A stretch of 64,000 nucleotides of DNA from positions 5,328,879 to 5,392,878 of the forward strand of contig CM082579.2 of assembly GCA_040954595.2 (NCBI GenBank). The letters run 5' to 3'. This stretch comes from Balanoglossus misakiensis. Taxonomy: Eukaryota > Animalia > Hemichordata. Positions 37,445-64,000 of the stretch are shown here, in pieces; positions within the stretch are counted from its first letter, which is position 1, and the number at the start of each line of letters is the position of its first letter. The notes beneath the pieces were generated by a model, which worked only from the letters and a program-made list of their open reading frames with translations, had not been told where the DNA came from and did no database searches. A program made the position numbers and the translations under genes.

Positions 37445-40400
37445 CTACACCACGGCAACACCAAAAGAACCCCTGAGTCCGTTCATCTTGAACGCATCCT
37501 CCTTCACGCCGAAGTCAGCGAGCCAGCCCTCACCGTCAAAATCAGCACTGATTTCAGCAACGTCCTGATTATTGTTCAACTCGTCGCGAGAGCTGCGCAT
37601 TCCTTTGTAACTAAGAATACTGGGCAAAAAGAGATCTAAAACAGAGATGGAACGTTTGCTGATCCACTCTGGTTTTTCCAATAATTGTTCCTGATCAGAG
37701 TCAAACTCTTGAGCCATACTCGAAAGGGAAGGCGATGACATTGAAGTGTGTATGGGCCTCTTCTCTTGTGGTAATTGTGTCTTTTCTGTCGAATTCTCTA
37801 AAATCTGTGACTGTTCTAGTTTGGACATCTCTTCCTCCAGTTCTACAAAATGAAAACAGAATATGCAGTGATCAAATCAGGCACTTTTTTACTAATCTAA
37901 ACTTTAAATTCGATGACATATTATGCTTGAGTATCTATGGTCCAAATAACACCCAAAAAACATGCAACACATTATTACTCACTGAGTTTGTCTTCCGCGT
38001 CCAGTCTCTCCAGACACTGAACAGCTGACTCTGACCCAGACTGGCTAGCAACCCTGTAAAGTTCTCTGGCATATTCTCTATCTTCAGGAAGACCTGCCAC
38101 AGCCAGAAATATACTCAATTAAGAAGTATTTCCCCTGATACACGGTACAGTATGTGTAAGCATAGCTACATTTATAGTCATCAATTTTTTTCCTCTCACT
38201 TTCGGATCAATACAAGTGAATCCAGCTCACCTCCGAGACCTAACTCGTTAAATACAGCCAGGTTGTACTGTGCATCCGAGTGATTTTGCTTGGCTGCCTT
38301 AGAGTAGAGATCAGCTGCTTTGGCTTCATTCTGGGCCACGCCCCATCCCTGCTCATAACACATGCCCAGGTAATACAGACAATCTGCATCCTACAGAGTT
38401 ACAGGAGAGGAGAGAAAAAACAAACAGTTAAACACCATGGAGTTTTGGATTGCAGTGGATTGCTAAGGCAGTTCGCCAATCACATCAAAGTTTTTTTTCT
38501 ACCAAAGAAAAATAAGATCTACTGCATCAAAACCAGCCTGGGCTCATGCCAGGATTTGAACTTCAATTGTTAACATTCACTTAGAGTGGGCACTTGGCCA
38601 AGCAGAATAAGACACACAGTATAAAATAAAATGTTATGACAGGAAAGACTTGTGTGACATTGCCAACAATCATTAAATGAGCTGGACAGATGCTATAACA
38701 CCTGCGTAACTTTTGACGGCCGACAATTTCTAGTCAAAACAACTTAACAAGATAAAACTTTATGAGAAGAATTATTAACATCGTGTCTAAATCGCCCTAC
38801 ATTTACCCACCTTATCTTTAGACCCCTCTTCCAAGAAGCTGACAGCCCTCTCCACATCAACGTGAGGTTCTTCAAGATAATATGTACCCATGTAGAGCAC
38901 GGCCTAAGGGTAAACATTTCAATACAAGATTCACTTCAATATGTATTGTGTTGTGCCGGCCATATTTGGCAGATCATCAAAATACTTGCACACTAAACAA
39001 AGATGCATAACATTAACATTCTTTTTACCTGTTGAAGGCCTTTTTCAGCTGCAAGTTCCATTAATTCCATGGCTTTCTTTGAATCCTTGGGCAGACCACC
39101 AAGGCCCAACAGGTAGAAGACAGCCAGGTTGTACAGCGCCATTGGATGACCTTTCTCAGCTGCAGATTTGTAGTAATCAGCTGCCTGTAATGAAGTGAAT
39201 GCAAGTTAATTGTTTGATCTAAATACATTGTAATTGCTTTCTATGATAAAATTGGCCCTCTAGAGAGGCGAAGGGGTTTACATTGTTGTCAGACACACAA
39301 AAAGTCGGCAATGGTCAGTCTGAGACTCAAAGGTACACCCTACCTTACTTAGGCTTTTGGGGACACCCTTGCCTTCTTCGTAACACACGCCAAGGTTATA
39401 CAGCGACTTGGCGTATCCCACATCAGCTGCCTGCCGAAACTGGCCAGCAGCTTTGACAAGACTGCCCTCTATGGCGTAGTTCAGTCCCAGTGCGTTGAGC
39501 AGAAGACCCGTGCTTTCGTTCCCCAGTGATTCCAGCTGAGATAGCGCTTCGGCTTGTAAATCTTGGGGCTGCAAAAAAAGTTTGAGTTCGGTCACATCAG
39601 TTTCAATGGAACAAGGTTAGAACTGGGGTGAATGAAAACACTCATAGGAGATCATGAAAACAGTTGACTTGCTTCAACCTACTGTTTTTGTTGACACAGA
39701 ATCCTGGTGGTTCTTCCCATCTTCCAAGATACTTCTGCGAGTTGTTGGGTGCGGTCTCAGACCCTTCGGCATGGCCTGCGCAAACCGATAGAGGGCGCGC
39801 CAAAACCTCTTTCTGTCATCGTCGCATCTCCACTGATCTGCTCGGTCAAACTGTCGGCACACATGTAAGCTCACAACGAGGGCAGTACCCTGAAAATGAT
39901 GACCAAATAAATCAGTGTTGTAAAACACGTCACAGTAATCAGGGAATGTGCATATTTCTTAATTCTCTGTCAGCGAACAACATCATGAAAATTAAAGTGA
40001 TGATCAAACTCACCCATCCCAAAGCTTCGAACATGTTATGCTTGCAGCTCTCACATGAAGACCAGTTGAATTTTTGCCGGAAACTTCCCCAGTCTTCTCT
40101 CTCCTTGTGGTTCCCATTTTCAGTGCCAGCAGCCCCGGAACTGACACCACCATGATAACTAAGAAAATCACAGAAAAAATATTCACATATATCATTTCAG
40201 GATCTGGTAAAACGTTACAAAACCAGACGGACACTCAATAGCTAAACATTTCTTCTCAACCATAAAACCACTTTCTTTATATTACCTTGCTACTTGCAGT
40301 TGCTGGCTTTCTCCGTTGATGCCTTCTTCCCGAAGTTTGTTCTGTTGTGAGACATTGCTTGTACGGATGGGCTGGTTGTGATGCACCTGGCGCAGCCCTA

Positions 40401-40956
40401 GTAAAGGGATGGAATTAAATTTATATAAACTATAATGCAAACATTAACAATTCCCAGAGCAACGAATTTCGAAATGGGACAATGTGTATGCAAAGAAATA
40501 TATACAGCCGCACAGCTCGATGAACGTCAAAAGACAACCGTCGTATCATAGAGGTCAATGTATTATAGTAAACCTCAGTTATCAAAAGAGTACGATCGGT
40601 CACGTTTGTAAACACACACCAATCGATAAGGGTGACGTTATGGGCCTGTGACGTCACTAAAGGGGAATTTTCTTTGGACCTTTGCCAATTTCAACCATAA
40701 TTTTGGCATAATAGTCGGAAACTTGCGTGAAAGCCGTCGAAAATTGAAATACAGATTCAGATAGACACGTGTAGAAAGCGAAGCATAATTTCCATGCAAT
40801 TATAAAGCGTAAAAGAACAAGTTTCTATGAAACCAGGTTCATGACTCGATCTAGTCACGACTTTATCCCGGGTGATTTTCACTCATGGAAATCGGCGTTT
40901 CGACAAAAAATTCACAAAATCTTACCTCTCTGTACGTTCTGCAATATTCTCAACAT
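37445..40956 (-). CDS. DELE1: DAP3-binding cell death enhancer 1 (KIAA0141), mitochondrial stress relay with Sel1/TPR repeats
   Basis: Exons approx. 40956-40926 ([10 protein letters not shown]), 40397-40286, 40157-40013 (..MFEALGW), 39889-39683 ([14 protein letters not shown]; compare vertebrate WDAISWGTLAVLALQLARQ), 39568-39344 ([23 protein letters not shown]), 39184-39029, 38903-38811, 38390-38231, 38093-37983, 37842-37445. Multiple Sel1-like repeats. Confidence 0.85.
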
Positions 40957-43139
40957 GCTGATCTCACATAAGCGTAGCGCTGCCCGCGTAAATTACGTGT
41001 TTAAAACGCACATTGCAGACCGCAGATGCGTCTCCGATCCTATCCGCGGACCAGAGATGAGGCAATCCCCCTCCTATCACATGACTCGACAAATCGCCCT
41101 ACTTTACAGCAGCGCCCTCTAGATGTAGGTTAAAGATATGGGTTACAATGTATACGTATAAAACGGTTAAATTTGAGTGTTTTTTACTTTTGTGCCATTG
41201 AGCAAAATATCCAACGGGTTTGACTTTTCTTTCCTGGGGAAGAATATTACCCAAGATTGCCACACACAAAAGTAAATAGCTGAATAGCGTTGATCAGAGT
41301 GTCTGTGTCTCATAGAAATTGCAGTGCTGACAAAGTTCGGATAGCATACAGCTTCTGTCACTTTGGCATTTTGATACTCTCATTAGAAAAAACAACAACA
41401 ACACAAGTTCCTTTATTTGATGCTCTTTAATTCTTTTAAACAGTAACCATGGCAACCTCTTCTGTGAAATGTGTCTATCTGTACAACCAAGTCAGGAAAC
41501 TGTCCGAGAAATTACCTCTGCCACAAATTAACCAGGAAATCCCATGTTAACTTTTGAATCCCCAGTTAAAAGAAAATGTTTTTGTTTTTTTAATTCTTGG
41601 GTAAATATGATTACAACACTGACAACAACTCTGAAAAACAATTTTACAACACATTTTAAAGGAGAAAATAAAGCTTATAATATTACCAGTAAATCATGTT
41701 TTGTCTGGTTCTGTCAGCTCAGCACAACTCGCATCTCTCCCTATACAAGATATATTTTACATATATATGATTGAAGAAATTTCAAAAGATATCAATCATG
41801 GAAGAAAATCAACATGTATAAGACAACACACATGAAAAAACACCAAAAGAAAACCAAGAATATTTGAAAGAACTATTCTGCTCAGGTCTCGCTTTATTTT
41901 TTGAAGAAAACAGAAACACAACACATAGAAACTCTACATAAGTAATTATAAAAGATTATCATAAACTTTTATAATTCATGAATTTTGTCTACTGGAAAGT
42001 AACTGCAGTCGCATTAACAGATGTTTTAAAGACAGCCTGATTTGCATAGGGCACACACTGGAAACTGAAGTTTTCGCTCTCAGGTAGCTCTCCCCTCCAA
42101 GGGATGAGAAATCTCACTGTTGCTAAGCAACCATCATCAGCAAAAACCACATCTACAACAGAAAAGACCCTGTATGCTAAAGGAAACTACCAATACACCA
42201 AACACAAGGGAGACCATACAGAAACTAAGATTAGAAAACACAAAAATGCTTCCATGCAGATCTGAAGCATATTAGTGAAAAAAATGCCTACTGATTCCAC
42301 ACAGGTAAATATTGATTTTTCACATGATAACTTATGGGCTAGTTTTTTGTTATTCACATCAACGTATTATGGAATTTTGTTATTCATATTAAAGTAATAT
42401 GGTATCTATGTTATATATACCGGTAATACCTGAAAATATTGTGGGGTTTTGGGGTAATTTATCAGTATTATATGCGTCAGAACAATTACAAATATTACTA
42501 GTTTATTTATATGTGGAACTGTTGGCATCTATACTAAAAAAATCCAGTGTGACCAAGTTGACGAATTTCTCTCAAATTCAAATCATGATCTTCTTTCGCA
42601 TCTACACCATCAGACGTCAATCCAACAATGTTGCAGTTTAATAAAATACTCCCAATAAAAACAAAGAAATGCAGCCAATGACGATTGAGGGCGATATACA
42701 CAACCCACTTCAGGTAAAAATCTCAAATCACCTGCTATCTTAAAAGTTTCGCTTCAAAAGTTCTCATATCACCTGTCCATCCCCGTGTCTTCATGGCACA
42801 TTCCAATGACATGCTTTGTGAACATTACGAGAAGATTTAGCTGAGGAACAGCCCATTCAGTGATAAAGGGAGGGAAAAGCTCATATCATAAAACTTTGGA
42901 AGAGTCACCTACGGAAGATATTAGTGCAAGATGAAGTGTAGTTTGAGATCTAACGATACGAAATTTGCTTCTGTTACCTTCGCTGATCACAAAATAATAT
43001 TCTTAAACAATTGACAAACACATAAACTTCACCAAACTGAGGACATATTTGAAGGAGAGCTCAGGGTCTTGCATAACTGTCCCATCTCTCTCCTCAAACT
43101 AAGTTTTCATTCTAACATGACTAACATGGATGTGAAGTG

Positions 43140-43233
43140 TTAACCCTTTCATCCCCGTTTCCCCTTTCACAGGTCCAGTTTTACCATAGGAGACAATGGA
43201 TTTGGACCAAACCATTGGTGGTGAAAGGGTTAA
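43140..43233. mobile_element. piggyBac-like MITE, copy 3, intact (probable furry 3' UTR)
   Basis: TTAA-CCCTTTCA...TGAAAGGG-TTAA: TTAA duplication, CCCTTTCA terminal inverted repeats, opposite orientation to copy 1. Confidence 0.8.
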
Positions 43234-44062
43234 AAAAGAGCCCTGGCAAAGAGTACATGTGCTGGAATACACTTTGCATAGTTTGGTCGTATAATTAATG
43301 AACTATTTTCTCCTGCTCCGAGTAATGGGAGAAAGTTTACAAATTAAGCAGTTAATACGGACAGCCAAATCCCGCAACTAGTTGAATAGCCAGTCTGGCC
43401 ATAAAAAGTCTGGGAGTGTACTCTTGTAAGATAACCTATAACCATAGAATGATGGGGAAATGAGTAAAACTTAAACATCCATTTCATAAACTTGTTTCAA
43501 ATCTTTGGCACACAAACCGATACATATCATGCCGGCCTTAATCCGAGTGTGAGTTTTCTAACTTTTGATTTTTCTGAATTGCAAATCATTCTTCGACAAA
43601 AACACCCCAAAAGAATCATAAACCTTTGGAGTCTTTGGTTTCAGGTACAGGGTTTGGAGGGATAACGTATTCAACAACTTAACAATGGTATGATGGCTTA
43701 AAATATGATAATCACGCAGTTTATACTGAATTTCTGAAACTATAAGCTCTCACTCAGGATGTAGGATTTTTTTTCGAATCTCTTCACAACTATAATATAT
43801 TATTTACCTCGTTTCTTCCCCCAAATAATATCTTTTCATCAACTGTTCCTGACAGTTTATGCTGAAAATCCACAGCAATTTCTGCTGTAACAGAAGCCAG
43901 GACTGGTGCCCTAGGATGTTCATCCACACTTCTCCATCAGTAGTCCTCTTTTCCAGCTGAGCATCTCGGCATTGGAAACATCTCAGAAAGTACCTGCTCA
44001 ACATCCAGGGGCACATTTAACAAAATTCATATCAACCGAAAACATTTTGGCGAAAAACCCAC

Positions 44063-63977
<19,915 letters not shown>

Positions 63978-64000
63978 TTAAGACAAGACAAAATAATTAC

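Overview
Eukaryotic (metazoan) genomic DNA, AT-rich with short spliceosomal introns. Gene content and repeat types suggest a marine invertebrate, possibly a hemichordate- or echinoderm-like deuterostome (inference). There is no operon, CRISPR array or rRNA/tRNA gene. Manually spliced genes in order: VPS36 (-, 3' end runs off the left edge); a 3-exon, 75-aa COX7B-like mitochondrial microprotein (+) that the ORF track misses; a 5-exon PDGF/VEGF-family ligand with a very basic tail (-); a 13-exon SLC6 amino-acid transporter with SLC6A7/proline-transporter-like motifs (+); a possible decayed multi-exon gene (-); ANKLE2 (-); a 6-finger C2H2 protein (+); PTGR2 (+); RFC3 (+); DELE1 (-); and most of a furry FRY/FRYL gene (-, 5' end off the right edge). 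Best signals: the COX7B-like microgene, a textbook U12 AT-AC intron and several candidate microexons in furry, the atypical PDGF/VEGF ligand, and several foldback or MITE-like elements. I found no clearly new multi-gene system. All exon coordinates were read by eye and homology statements come from recall, not searches.
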